Positions 1 to 7,328 of a DNA stretch of 16,046 bases are shown piece after piece; position 1 is the stretch's first letter, and every line of letters starts with the position of its first letter. The position numbers and the translations under genes are program-made. Origin of the DNA: Candidatus Thorarchaeota archaeon (lineage in GTDB: Archaea > Asgardarchaeota > Thorarchaeia > Thorarchaeales > Thorarchaeaceae); NCBI GenBank assembly GCA_003345595.1, contig PRDI01000021.1, positions 1 through 16,046 of the forward strand, in the 5' to 3' direction. The notes beneath the pieces are model-generated. The model worked only from the letters and a program-made list of their open reading frames with translations. It searched no databases and was not told the DNA's origin.

Positions 1-91
1 AAGCGTAAGTCTCAAGTATCCCGGGATCCCTGCTGATGTTCTGAGCCCCAACGATTGCCGTCAGTGCGCTGTAGATATTCTCCTCGAGCAT
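1..91 (-). CDS. FAD-binding oxidoreductase (GlcD/VAO-like), N-terminal fragment; continues beyond the left edge
   Basis: Not in ORF track. ATG at 91-89 directly follows the TAG of the upstream gene and is preceded by GGAGGTGGTGAG. Translates MLEENIYSALTAIVGAQNISRDPGILETYA, matching the N-terminus of the paralog at 2850 (IVGPENVSDDPSRLREY). Confidence 0.8.
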   Translation of the reverse strand, partial: MLEENIYSALTAIVGAQNISRDPGILETYA

Positions 92-1363
92 CTACTCACC
101 ACCTCCAATGCTTCTTGCCACGAGCTCTGTGAGATCATAGAATTCCAAGGGACTTCCTCTCTCCCTAATCCCGTCACGGAAGTTTGTGGAGCAGAAGGGG
201 CAACATGACACAAGCGCCTGTGCACCTGTCGACTCTGCCTCCTCAAGCCGATTCTGTGCTGTGGACAATGCAAAGTCCGGATAGGCGGCTTTCACACCTG
301 CGCCGGCTCCGCAGCAATATGCGTACTCCCTGATGCGTTCCATTTCAACAAGCTCGATACCTGGTATCTGTCGCAGCACGTTTCTTGGGGCGTCGTATTC
401 TCCACGCGCCCCAGTTCTGATCGGTTTTGGAGGATCATGCATATACACTAGAGCTAAAACCTCCACGAGTTTTCCTTCCCATTTCTCATACGGCTCTGAC
501 ATGCGGCCGAGGTGGCATGGGTCATGATATGTGACCTTCAGAGGAACAGGATTAGCCAGTTTGAGCTTGCCCTTAGCAAGAAGCTTCTCAATCAACTGGG
601 ATATGTGAACGACTTCGAAGTCAAAATCCACAAAGCGTGGATACTCGACCTTCAGCATATTGTAGCAGCCAGAACAACTCGTCACGATCCTCTTGATACC
701 TTGCTGCTTGAACCTCTCAACATTCTGCTTCATTATGTCGATGGCTCGTTTCCTGTCGCCGACGCGATACACCGGACTGCCACAGCAGGATTCATCCGAT
801 CCTAGGATGGCGAACGGCTCGTGAGCTGCATTCAGTATCCTTGCAGTGGCTTCCGCTATTTCCTGTCTCCTATAAGCTGCAGTACAACCCACGAAGTACA
901 AGGTTTGAGAGGCTTCATCCACATCAACGTCCTTTGGCAGCCATGCCTGCCGCTTCTCTGCCTCCTCGCCATACGGGTTGTGAACTCGGTCTACGAGTTC
1001 GATGTACTTCTTATGCTTGGGCATCGGCGCGACACCAGACTCAACAGCCGTCGCCCTGAATTCGCTGATGATCTCATTGGGCTCGATGTCATAGTACATC
1101 TTACAGGTAACCTCACATGCTCCACAGTTCGTACACTTGTATAGGGCATCTAGCATCTCATCGGAGAAGCCGATTCTGCCCTTGTAGAGGGCATTAGCCA
1201 TGATCACTCTGCCCCCACCGGAGTAGGCATGAAGGTTGTACATCTGAATAGACGGGCAGACTTGAGAGTACTTCTTGCTCTTTACAAGAATCCCGTCCAG
1301 AAACTTGCACTTAGAGCAGCGGACACATCGGTCCATCATTTGTTCAAAGTCAGCTAGTGTCAC
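92..1363 (-). CDS. (Fe-S)-binding oxidoreductase, GlcF/HdrD-like (two 4Fe-4S motifs plus two CCG domains), ~423 aa
   Basis: CVRCSKC...CP and CTNCGACEVTC ferredoxin motifs. CCG-domain motifs FVGC, ESCCGS, TSCSGC, YHDPCHLGR, YCCGAG, SCCPFC. Start moved from 1498 to GTG 1363 because of the SD GAGGAGGTGA and a GTGA overlap with the upstream stop. Confidence 0.9.
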   Translation of the reverse strand: MTLADFEQMMDRCVRCSKCKFLDGILVKSKKYSQVCPSIQMYNLHAYSGGGRVIMANALYKGRIGFSDEMLDALYKCTNCGACEVTCKMYYDIEPNEIISEFRATAVESGVAPMPKHKKYIELVDRVHNPYGEEAEKRQAWLPKDVDVDEASQTLYFVGCTAAYRRQEIAEATARILNAAHEPFAILGSDESCCGSPVYRVGDRKRAIDIMKQNVERFKQQGIKRIVTSCSGCYNMLKVEYPRFVDFDFEVVHISQLIEKLLAKGKLKLANPVPLKVTYHDPCHLGRMSEPYEKWEGKLVEVLALVYMHDPPKPIRTGARGEYDAPRNVLRQIPGIELVEMERIREYAYCCGAGAGVKAAYPDFALSTAQNRLEEAESTGAQALVSCCPFCSTNFRDGIRERGSPLEFYDLTELVARSIGGGE

Positions 1364-2850
1364 TCTTTCACCTCCTCGGAGTACAGAGCGCCTGGGTTCA
1401 GCACGGCGTTCGGGTCGAATATCGCCTTCACTTTTCTCATCGCGGTGATGGTTTCGGGCGTGGTCCTTCTGTAAACAGCTTCCGCCACGGGTCCGCAAGG
1501 TCTGCTGAAGTATGCACCCTTGTCCATCAACTGCTCACAGCCCTTTGAGTACAGGCTCCGCGCTACGTCTGCTTTCGCCTTACGCTTGGCATCATAGTAG
1601 ATGTCGAACTCACAGTGGACGTTTGCTCCATGGAGAGTGGGCTGAATGTAGACACCTACATCACTGAGTGGAAAGCCCTCTTCAGTCGCAGTCTCCTCGA
1701 AGACCTCGACCAACCCAGGTGTTTTGTCTAGAGTGGTAATGAAGAACACCTCTTGACATCCTCCTCGGAGTCTGAGCTTCCAGTATGGTTCCTTGCTAGG
1801 AGCTTCCAAGAGGGAAGCAAGCCCGGCCGAGGTCACACCCTTTGTTTCCCTCGCAAGAACTAGACCGGATTCCCTTGCCACGTCGAGCGTGTCTGCTAGT
1901 CTATACTCCAGCTCATCCTCTGCTAGAATGCCATGGCCCGAAACACTCAGTATGAGTGACCATTTAGGCAGGATATCACGAACCGCTTCGATCTTCGGCT
2001 TGTTAGTTTCCAAGGCGCATGCTAGATTCGTGGAATTCAGTATGAAGAGGTCGTCTACGAGTTTGCGTCTGAAGATCGAGTACATGAAGTCTTGAAATCC
2101 GGTCAAAGTGTCATAGCCAGAAACAAGAACGCTCTGAACATCGGGAGCCACTTCACACTTCACAGTGGCCCAGGTGACGATTCCCATAGTCCCCTGCGAG
2201 CCCTGGATTATTCTGAACGGATCGAACTGCGAAGGCCCCATGGGGTTCTTCTGTGCCTGACCCGAAGCCCATTGCTGGTCCAAGTTGCCCGGACCCGCTG
2301 CTGCTCCAGTTCTGAAAAGGTCGCCCGAACCAAATACAACTTCCGTGCATAGAAGAGGGTCAGATGAGTCCCAGTGAAACCTAGGCATTGTGATGGGTTC
2401 CCTGTCTAGGCAGTTGGCTACGGCAGATTTCAGGCTCTTCGGCAGAAGGGGCATCAGAATCCTCAGACCATGCTCCTTCAGCTCATCAATCAGCTGGGAG
2501 TAGGTGACTCCAGGCTCAATCATGGTAACCTTGTTCTTTCTGTCAACTCGAAGAATCCGGTTCATGCGTCTAAGATCGACAGCAATCACGCCGCTGACTT
2601 TGGGTGCCGACTCCCCACGAAGCCTCGGTTTCCCAGAGCTTACGGGTATCAACGGGACTGACTCTCTGTTTGCCAGTTCCACAATCTGCTGAACTTCCTC
2701 TGTTGACCCGGGCATCACGACAGCGCTTGGAAATACAGTGTCGAAGAGCGTCGCCTGTTCGTATTCTCTCAGCCTGGAAGGGTCGTCAGACACATTCTCA
2801 GGTCCGACAATCTTTCTCATTCCATCAAGCAATTTCCTTGGGACTCGCAT
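1360..2850 (-). CDS. FAD-binding oxidoreductase (FAD_binding_4 / VAO-GlcD superfamily), ~496 aa
   Basis: PSAVVMPGSTEEVQQIVELAN, VDLRRMNRIL, IEPGVT, GSQGTMGIVT and C-terminal KVKAIFDPNAVLNPG. Start moved to ATG 2850 (MRVPRK), preceded by AAGAGGT. Confidence 0.9.
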   Translation of the reverse strand: MRVPRKLLDGMRKIVGPENVSDDPSRLREYEQATLFDTVFPSAVVMPGSTEEVQQIVELANRESVPLIPVSSGKPRLRGESAPKVSGVIAVDLRRMNRILRVDRKNKVTMIEPGVTYSQLIDELKEHGLRILMPLLPKSLKSAVANCLDREPITMPRFHWDSSDPLLCTEVVFGSGDLFRTGAAAGPGNLDQQWASGQAQKNPMGPSQFDPFRIIQGSQGTMGIVTWATVKCEVAPDVQSVLVSGYDTLTGFQDFMYSIFRRKLVDDLFILNSTNLACALETNKPKIEAVRDILPKWSLILSVSGHGILAEDELEYRLADTLDVARESGLVLARETKGVTSAGLASLLEAPSKEPYWKLRLRGGCQEVFFITTLDKTPGLVEVFEETATEEGFPLSDVGVYIQPTLHGANVHCEFDIYYDAKRKAKADVARSLYSKGCEQLMDKGAYFSRPCGPVAEAVYRRTTPETITAMRKVKAIFDPNAVLNPGALYSEEVKE

Positions 2851-2900
2851 CGTCACGACCTCTTGACTGATGAGTGCTCGTTGGGCAGGTTTACCGCCAG

Positions 2901-2907
2901 TTATAAT
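2901..2907 (-). promoter_or_regulatory. Possible TATA box for the minus-strand oxidoreductase operon
   Basis: ATTATAA on the minus strand about 50 nt upstream of ATG 2850, with purine-rich sequence upstream of it. Confidence 0.35.
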
Positions 2908-3057
2908 GATTCCTTGTTCGCCATAGGTCCTCGCAAGTTTGTCTGTTAACAGAGGACTGCCACAGAATTGCCGCACGGCCCTTCGGACAACGTACCTCGT
3001 ACGCAAGAAGCATCTCAGCGGCCAACAATCGTGGTCTTCTAGGGACCTAGGCGATTA

Positions 3058-3065
3058 TTTATATA
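3058..3065 (+). promoter_or_regulatory. Archaeal TATA box of the acr3 operon
   Basis: TTTATATA about 80 nt upstream of the acr3 ATG, in the most AT-rich patch of the intergenic region. Confidence 0.65.
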
Positions 3066-3090
3066 TCGAGATTATTCGATGATTCTCGAT
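3065..3090. promoter_or_regulatory. Candidate ArsR operator (overlapping ATCGA-N6-TCGAT boxes)
   Basis: ATCGAgattatTCGAT (3065-3080) is a perfect 5-6-5 inverted repeat, overlapped by tTCGAtgattcTCGAT (3075-3090). The outer arms ATCGAGA/TCTCGAT are also complementary. It lies immediately downstream of the TATA box, and an arsR gene is in the cluster. Confidence 0.65.
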
Positions 3091-3143
3091 GCAGCAGGAC
3101 TACGAGATCTATTGGCGATAACAGCTTCAGAGTGTAGAAACAG

Positions 3144-4280
3144 ATGAACGGTTCCGGTTCTTCGAGCGGCGGTTCATCAGCAGAACCAAGTGCAAAGACA
3201 ACGCTGACTGGCCCGACCAAGGGCCTGAGCACTCTTGATAAATTCCTCCCAGTGTGGATCATCCTAGCCATGGTGTTGGGGTTGCTGCTGGGGTATGTCG
3301 TTCCGGGCATGGCAGAGGCACTCGATTTCTGGAGGATCGACACGGTTTCGCTCCCCATTGCGATAGGACTTCTCTGGATGATGTATCCCGTGCTGGCCAA
3401 AGTGAAGTATGAAGAACTAGGCAAGCTGAAACGCCAAAAGAAGATGTTCGGAGTATCGCTCTTTCTCAACTGGCTGATCGGTCCGTTTCTCATGTTTGCT
3501 CTCGCATGGTTGTTCCTCGCAGACCTGCCTGACTATCGTACCGGGATTATACTTGTGGGACTCGCTCGATGTATAGCCATGGTTCTGATATGGAACATGA
3601 TGGCAGGAGGATGCAGCGAATCTTGTGCAGTGTTAGTGGCACTCAACTCCATCTTTCAGATAGTGATGTACAGTCCAGAGGCATGGTTCTTCGTCACGTA
3701 CCTGCCGTCCGTGGTATCTCCCGGAGCAGGTTCTGTGGTCGAGGTGTCAATACTGGACATTGCAAAGAGCGTTATCATCTTCTTGGGCATTCCATTGGCT
3801 GCAGGTGTGATCACAAGGTTCAGTCTGATTAGACGTCGCTCGAAAGAGTGGTATGACAAGGATTTCGCGCCAAGGCTTGGACCCTATGCCCTCATTGGTC
3901 TCCTATTCACGATCGTTGTGATGTTCTCCTTGAAGGGTGATGTTATCCTCTCGCTGCCCTTTGACGTTGTGAGAATCGCAGTTCCGCTCCTGTGCTACTT
4001 CATTCTCATGTTCTTCGTTTCCTTTGCGATATCCTACGCCTTCAAGTTCGGATATGACAAGAACGTGACAATATCCTTCACAGCAGCGAGCAACAACTTC
4101 GAGCTTGCCATTGCTGTGGCAATCGGAGTGTTTGGAATTCACTCTGGACAGGCACTTGCGGCGGTAGTAGGACCGCTAATAGAAGTGCCAGTGCTTGTTG
4201 GCCTAGTCTATGTCGCGCTGTGGCTAGGTCGGAAGCTCTACGCTCGTAGGCCAGGTGACCCAATCCAATGCGAATCATAG
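3144..4280 (+). CDS. acr3: ACR3-family arsenite efflux transporter
   Basis: About 10 hydrophobic segments. Hallmark motifs MMYPVL, NWLIGP, GLARCIAMVLIWN, SNNFELAIAVAI, VGPLIEVPVL. Confidence 0.96.
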   Translation: MNGSGSSSGGSSAEPSAKTTLTGPTKGLSTLDKFLPVWIILAMVLGLLLGYVVPGMAEALDFWRIDTVSLPIAIGLLWMMYPVLAKVKYEELGKLKRQKKMFGVSLFLNWLIGPFLMFALAWLFLADLPDYRTGIILVGLARCIAMVLIWNMMAGGCSESCAVLVALNSIFQIVMYSPEAWFFVTYLPSVVSPGAGSVVEVSILDIAKSVIIFLGIPLAAGVITRFSLIRRRSKEWYDKDFAPRLGPYALIGLLFTIVVMFSLKGDVILSLPFDVVRIAVPLLCYFILMFFVSFAISYAFKFGYDKNVTISFTAASNNFELAIAVAIGVFGIHSGQALAAVVGPLIEVPVLVGLVYVALWLGRKLYARRPGDPIQCES

Positions 4281-4342
4281 GATCTGATACCGGGCTCAAC
4301 GAGAGAGCCGGCGGTCTGTGCGTAACAGAGGTGCTATAGAAC

Positions 4343-4717
4343 GTGAATCCTGAGAAACCCAGATTCATAATGTGTGTGTGTACAGGCAAGTGTCCAGGTT
4401 TTGCTAAGATGGACATATGGGACTTCATCAACACTGTCCGAATGACTCTCCCTGTGAACCATGCAGTCATTCACCCTCAGCTCTGCGAGCAAGATGGAGA
4501 CCGATACCTCGAGGACACACTCAGGCCAGAACAAAAGGTCATCGTCGCTGGATGCGCCCCAGCGATGCAGGTCAAGCTGTTTCGTGACGCGTTTCAGAGA
4601 AAAGGTATGGACGTGAAGAGGGATCTTGTGCCAATCGACATCCGTGACATGACAACTGAGCAGGCCTTGGAGAAAGTCAAGGCGGAACTCAAGAGGCTTG
4701 GATACGATGTCGAGTGA
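4343..4717 (+). CDS. Small Cys-rich protein resembling the N-terminal Fe-S domain of heterodisulfide reductase subunit A
   Basis: GTG start after GAGGTG. Pattern CVC...C, HPQLC, VIVAGCAP...KLFR, IDIRD parallels the HdrA N-terminal pattern (CxC, LC, VVAACSP..FR, NIRE). No FAD-binding part. Confidence 0.65.
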   Translation: MNPEKPRFIMCVCTGKCPGFAKMDIWDFINTVRMTLPVNHAVIHPQLCEQDGDRYLEDTLRPEQKVIVAGCAPAMQVKLFRDAFQRKGMDVKRDLVPIDIRDMTTEQALEKVKAELKRLGYDVE

Positions 4718-5027
4718 ATCCGGAAACGGAACCACCTTCATGGGCGTCGCACGCGAGAAGATCTCTTGGTGGCCAAGCATAGACACTGAGAGGTGTGATG
4801 GCTGTAGCGGGGAATACGACTGCCTCAAATTCTGCCCGCATCAGGTCTACAGGCCCTTGACCAGCCCCGCGAAGGTAGCTGTCGAAAACCGATACAACTG
4901 CGTTGTGTTCTGTCAAGCCTGCAGGAAGATGTGCCCGAAAGACGCCATCTCATTTCCGCAAAAGGGAGAGATTCTGAAGGTGATTAAAGAGGAACTGAAA
5001 AAGCGAGGTGAGCACAGCGGTCCGTAA
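4707..5027 (+). CDS. 2x[4Fe-4S] ferredoxin-family protein, ~106 aa
   Basis: IDTERCDGCSGEYDCLKFCP and NCVVFCQACRKMCPKDAISF motifs. ATG 4707 follows AAGAGG and overlaps the end of the upstream gene. Confidence 0.88.
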   Translation: MSSESGNGTTFMGVAREKISWWPSIDTERCDGCSGEYDCLKFCPHQVYRPLTSPAKVAVENRYNCVVFCQACRKMCPKDAISFPQKGEILKVIKEELKKRGEHSGP

Positions 5028-5856
5028 GTACATCCTACCATGTGCCGGATACGACCGACCAGGTGGCAACACAAGCAGGAGGGCTGCCGAGAAACTCGCA
5101 TCTCATCACGGTGATGTGACCATCGGCAGCATGGGCGCGTTGTTTACACAGCGGCCTGGAGAGATGCGGGAGCTGAGGTCTTCACGTGTGATCTGCATCG
5201 ATGGATGTGGAACGAAGTGCGCCTCTGTACTCGCCGATGCGAGAGGTGTCAAAGACGCTTTGATTATCTCGATACCTGAGGTGTCCTCCGCCGTCAAAGG
5301 TGATCAGGACAAAGCTCAATCAGTGGTCGATGCCGTAGAAGCGGTCTTCGTCCGTGAGGCCGCTGGCGAAAAGCAAACTCAAGCACCTGAAGAAGAAGCG
5401 GGTCCAGAGCTGCTTGAAGAAACGTTCGACAAGTTCACCCTTCGTGTCAAGGGGGACCTTAGATACTCTGACAATGATTTCTGGGTGAGTGTCGAAAACG
5501 GGAATGTTCGCGTGGGTGTATCTGACTTTCTCCAGCAGATGATGTCCGATGTGTACTACGTCCGACTGGCCGAAGTGGGCACGCACATACAGATGTTTGA
5601 CGAAGCTGGAGCAATGGAGTCTACAAAGACATTGCTGGAGATTATAGTCCCTGTGTCGGGGACTATTGTGGAGCGTAACAGCAAGCTAGAAGACAGCCCC
5701 GAGTTGATCAACGAGGATCCGTACGGAAGAGGATGGTTGTACGTTGTCAATCCTGACGACATCACCGAATTAGAGTTGCTGAAGAATGCATCCGAATACA
5801 TGACACATGCCCTATCAAAAGCAAAGAAGGAGATTGGAAAGAAGGTGAAGGACTAG
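5008..5856 (+). CDS. Fusion of a DGC (putative metal-binding) domain and a glycine-cleavage H-like lipoyl-carrier domain
   Basis: N-half: PCAG...IDGCGTKCA (DGC pattern). Acidic linker EKQTQAPEEEAGPE. C-half: WV...VRVGVSDF.Q, MESTKT (lipoyl Lys207, codon 5626-5628), PVSGTIVERN, LEDSPELINEDPYGRGWL. Continuous reading frame. Confidence 0.88.
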   Translation: MSTAVRKYILPCAGYDRPGGNTSRRAAEKLASHHGDVTIGSMGALFTQRPGEMRELRSSRVICIDGCGTKCASVLADARGVKDALIISIPEVSSAVKGDQDKAQSVVDAVEAVFVREAAGEKQTQAPEEEAGPELLEETFDKFTLRVKGDLRYSDNDFWVSVENGNVRVGVSDFLQQMMSDVYYVRLAEVGTHIQMFDEAGAMESTKTLLEIIVPVSGTIVERNSKLEDSPELINEDPYGRGWLYVVNPDDITELELLKNASEYMTHALSKAKKEIGKKVKD

Positions 5857-5859
5857 ACG

Positions 5860-6246
5860 ATGAAGAAAGTCGTTGTTCCTTGCAGTGGGATTGGAAAAGC
5901 GTTTGGAGCAGTATCAAGGGAAACCACACATCTATTGACTCAGGGAATGCATTCTACCGACTACCGAACGGTATGCCTTCCTCTCCTCATGACCGACGAT
6001 ACGGAAGCCAGGCAAGTCATCGAGGAGTCGGAAGTCTACGTAGTCGATGGCTGCCCGATGAAATGCGCGTCTGTCGTGGTCAAACATGCTGGGGGCAAGC
6101 CGGTGATGGAGATCATCGTACCGAAAGTCTTGGCTGTCAATAAGGACCACAGACCTGCCACTGTGCTTGACATCGGTGAGGGAGGACGCCTCCTCTGTGA
6201 GGACATCGTTCGCATAATCATTGAACGTGGAGGCAAGGATGAATGA
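5860..6246 (+). CDS. DGC-domain (putative zinc/metal-binding) protein
   Basis: VVPCSGIG...TVCLP...VVDGCPMKCA, the four-Cys DGC pattern. Confidence 0.85.
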   Translation: MKKVVVPCSGIGKAFGAVSRETTHLLTQGMHSTDYRTVCLPLLMTDDTEARQVIEESEVYVVDGCPMKCASVVVKHAGGKPVMEIIVPKVLAVNKDHRPATVLDIGEGGRLLCEDIVRIIIERGGKDE

Positions 6247-6647
6247 GCTTTACGCCTAAGGTCGGCATTGTATCGTGCAGCGGCGAGGACTGCTTTGGCG
6301 GTGGCGTTTCCCGCATGGCCACTCTAGAAGTGCTTCACCGACTAAGGCCGACTGACACCGTGACAATATGCCTTCCCCTGTTTCTCGCAGGAAGTGGAGG
6401 GGAGCGTGAGTTCGCCAAGAGCTTTCCGACTATCACAGTTGATGGTTGTGCAAAGATGTGCGCCGCGAAAGGAACCGCCAAATACAGCAGCGAACCGGCT
6501 GTCAGAATCAATGTCAGCGACTACATGGACGACCCCTGCTCCAAGGTTGACGGAGTGGCAAAAGCAGGTGAAGTCTCGGTTGTTGTGCGGCGAGTTGCAA
6601 GCGATATCGCTTCGCATGTCGACCGACTGAGATCCCAGTGGAGATGA
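6243..6647 (+). CDS. DGC-domain (putative zinc/metal-binding) protein
   Basis: IVSCSGEDC...TICLP...TVDGCAKMCA. ATGA overlap with the upstream gene. Confidence 0.85.
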   Translation: MSFTPKVGIVSCSGEDCFGGGVSRMATLEVLHRLRPTDTVTICLPLFLAGSGGEREFAKSFPTITVDGCAKMCAAKGTAKYSSEPAVRINVSDYMDDPCSKVDGVAKAGEVSVVVRRVASDIASHVDRLRSQWR

Positions 6648-6922
6648 AAAACATGCCAAGAATAGTGAAGGTCAGAGTGTTTCTGCCGGTTGGAGTCTGC
6701 GGCTGCAGTCAAACCGACTTCATTGCCCGCACATACCAGGCAGTGCGGAAGCATCCAGACATTGTCGACTATGGGGAAGACTCGGCCGGAAGTGAGGCTG
6801 CCAAGAGAGCAGGTGTTACCTACAGAGGGATACTCATAGGTCGCCGCTTGCTTCAAGGCAATCCCACATCAGACCAGATTGAAGAGGCGATTCTTGCCGA
6901 GGCCAACAGGACAGAGGACTAG
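6644..6922 (+). CDS. Small thioredoxin-fold / ArsD-like protein with a CGC motif
   Basis: ATGA overlap at 6644 (alternative start ATG 6653). VRVFLPVGVCGC and ILIG...GNPTSDQIEEAI loosely resemble ArsD (GVCG; GxYPT) and small thioredoxin-like proteins of ars operons. Confidence 0.55.
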   Translation: MKNMPRIVKVRVFLPVGVCGCSQTDFIARTYQAVRKHPDIVDYGEDSAGSEAAKRAGVTYRGILIGRRLLQGNPTSDQIEEAILAEANRTED

Positions 6923-6934
6923 GAGAGAGACCTA

Positions 6935-7231
6935 ATGAGCGCTGATAGAGAGATGGAGTGGAGGGTCCAGTTTCACAGAGCTCTGAGCAATCCTGTTCGA
7001 CTCAGGATTGTAGAGTTCTTGGCTGATGGAGAGCAATGTCAGTGCAACATCTTTCCGAAGATAGGTCTCTCCCAGTCTACTGTTTCGGCCTATCTCACCC
7101 AACTTGTGAGGGCAGGAGTCCTGGGAGTGAGGCGTGACGGGACAAGAAAGCTATACAGTCTCAGCGACCGAAAAGTCAAGAGGATGATTGATGATGCCCG
7201 AGCAATTGCCCATTACAGGATGACATCTTAA
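6935..7231 (+). CDS. arsR: ArsR/SmtB-family transcriptional repressor
   Basis: FHRALSNPVRLRIVEFL, GEQCQCNI (equivalent of the As(III)-binding ELCVCDL box), LSQSTVSAYL...LVRAG, RRDG...YSL winged HTH. Confidence 0.92.
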   Translation: MSADREMEWRVQFHRALSNPVRLRIVEFLADGEQCQCNIFPKIGLSQSTVSAYLTQLVRAGVLGVRRDGTRKLYSLSDRKVKRMIDDARAIAHYRMTS

Positions 7232-7328
7232 GAAGGGAGCCGAAGACCTCTTGGGCTTGAACTGACAAGTGACTATGCGGCTTAGCTTTCCAAAGAAACT
7301 TTCGGCGGAAATTCGGTGGCGTGCTAGG

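Noticed and set aside
1364-1498. N-terminal extension of the Fe-S oxidoreductase given in the ORF track
   Set aside because: It overlaps the upstream gene by about 140 nt. The strong SD and GTGA coupling point to a start at 1363.
2851-3006. N-terminal extension of the FAD oxidoreductase ORF
   Set aside because: Family similarity begins at MRVPRK (2850), which has an SD. The extension covers the likely promoter.
4290-4311. GC-rich hairpin (CCGGGCTC...GAGCCGG) between acr3 and the next gene
   Set aside because: Short, bulged and without a U-tract. It cannot be distinguished from chance, so it is not called a terminator.
5400-5856. Canonical glycine cleavage system
   Set aside because: No gcvP, gcvT or lpd in the window. 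The H domain is fused to DGC and lacks the HEW motif.
4343-6922. Possible selenocysteine (UGA read-through) in the small redox proteins
   Set aside because: All motif positions are Cys codons. The TGA codons lie at natural protein ends overlapping the next gene, and no SECIS was recognisable.
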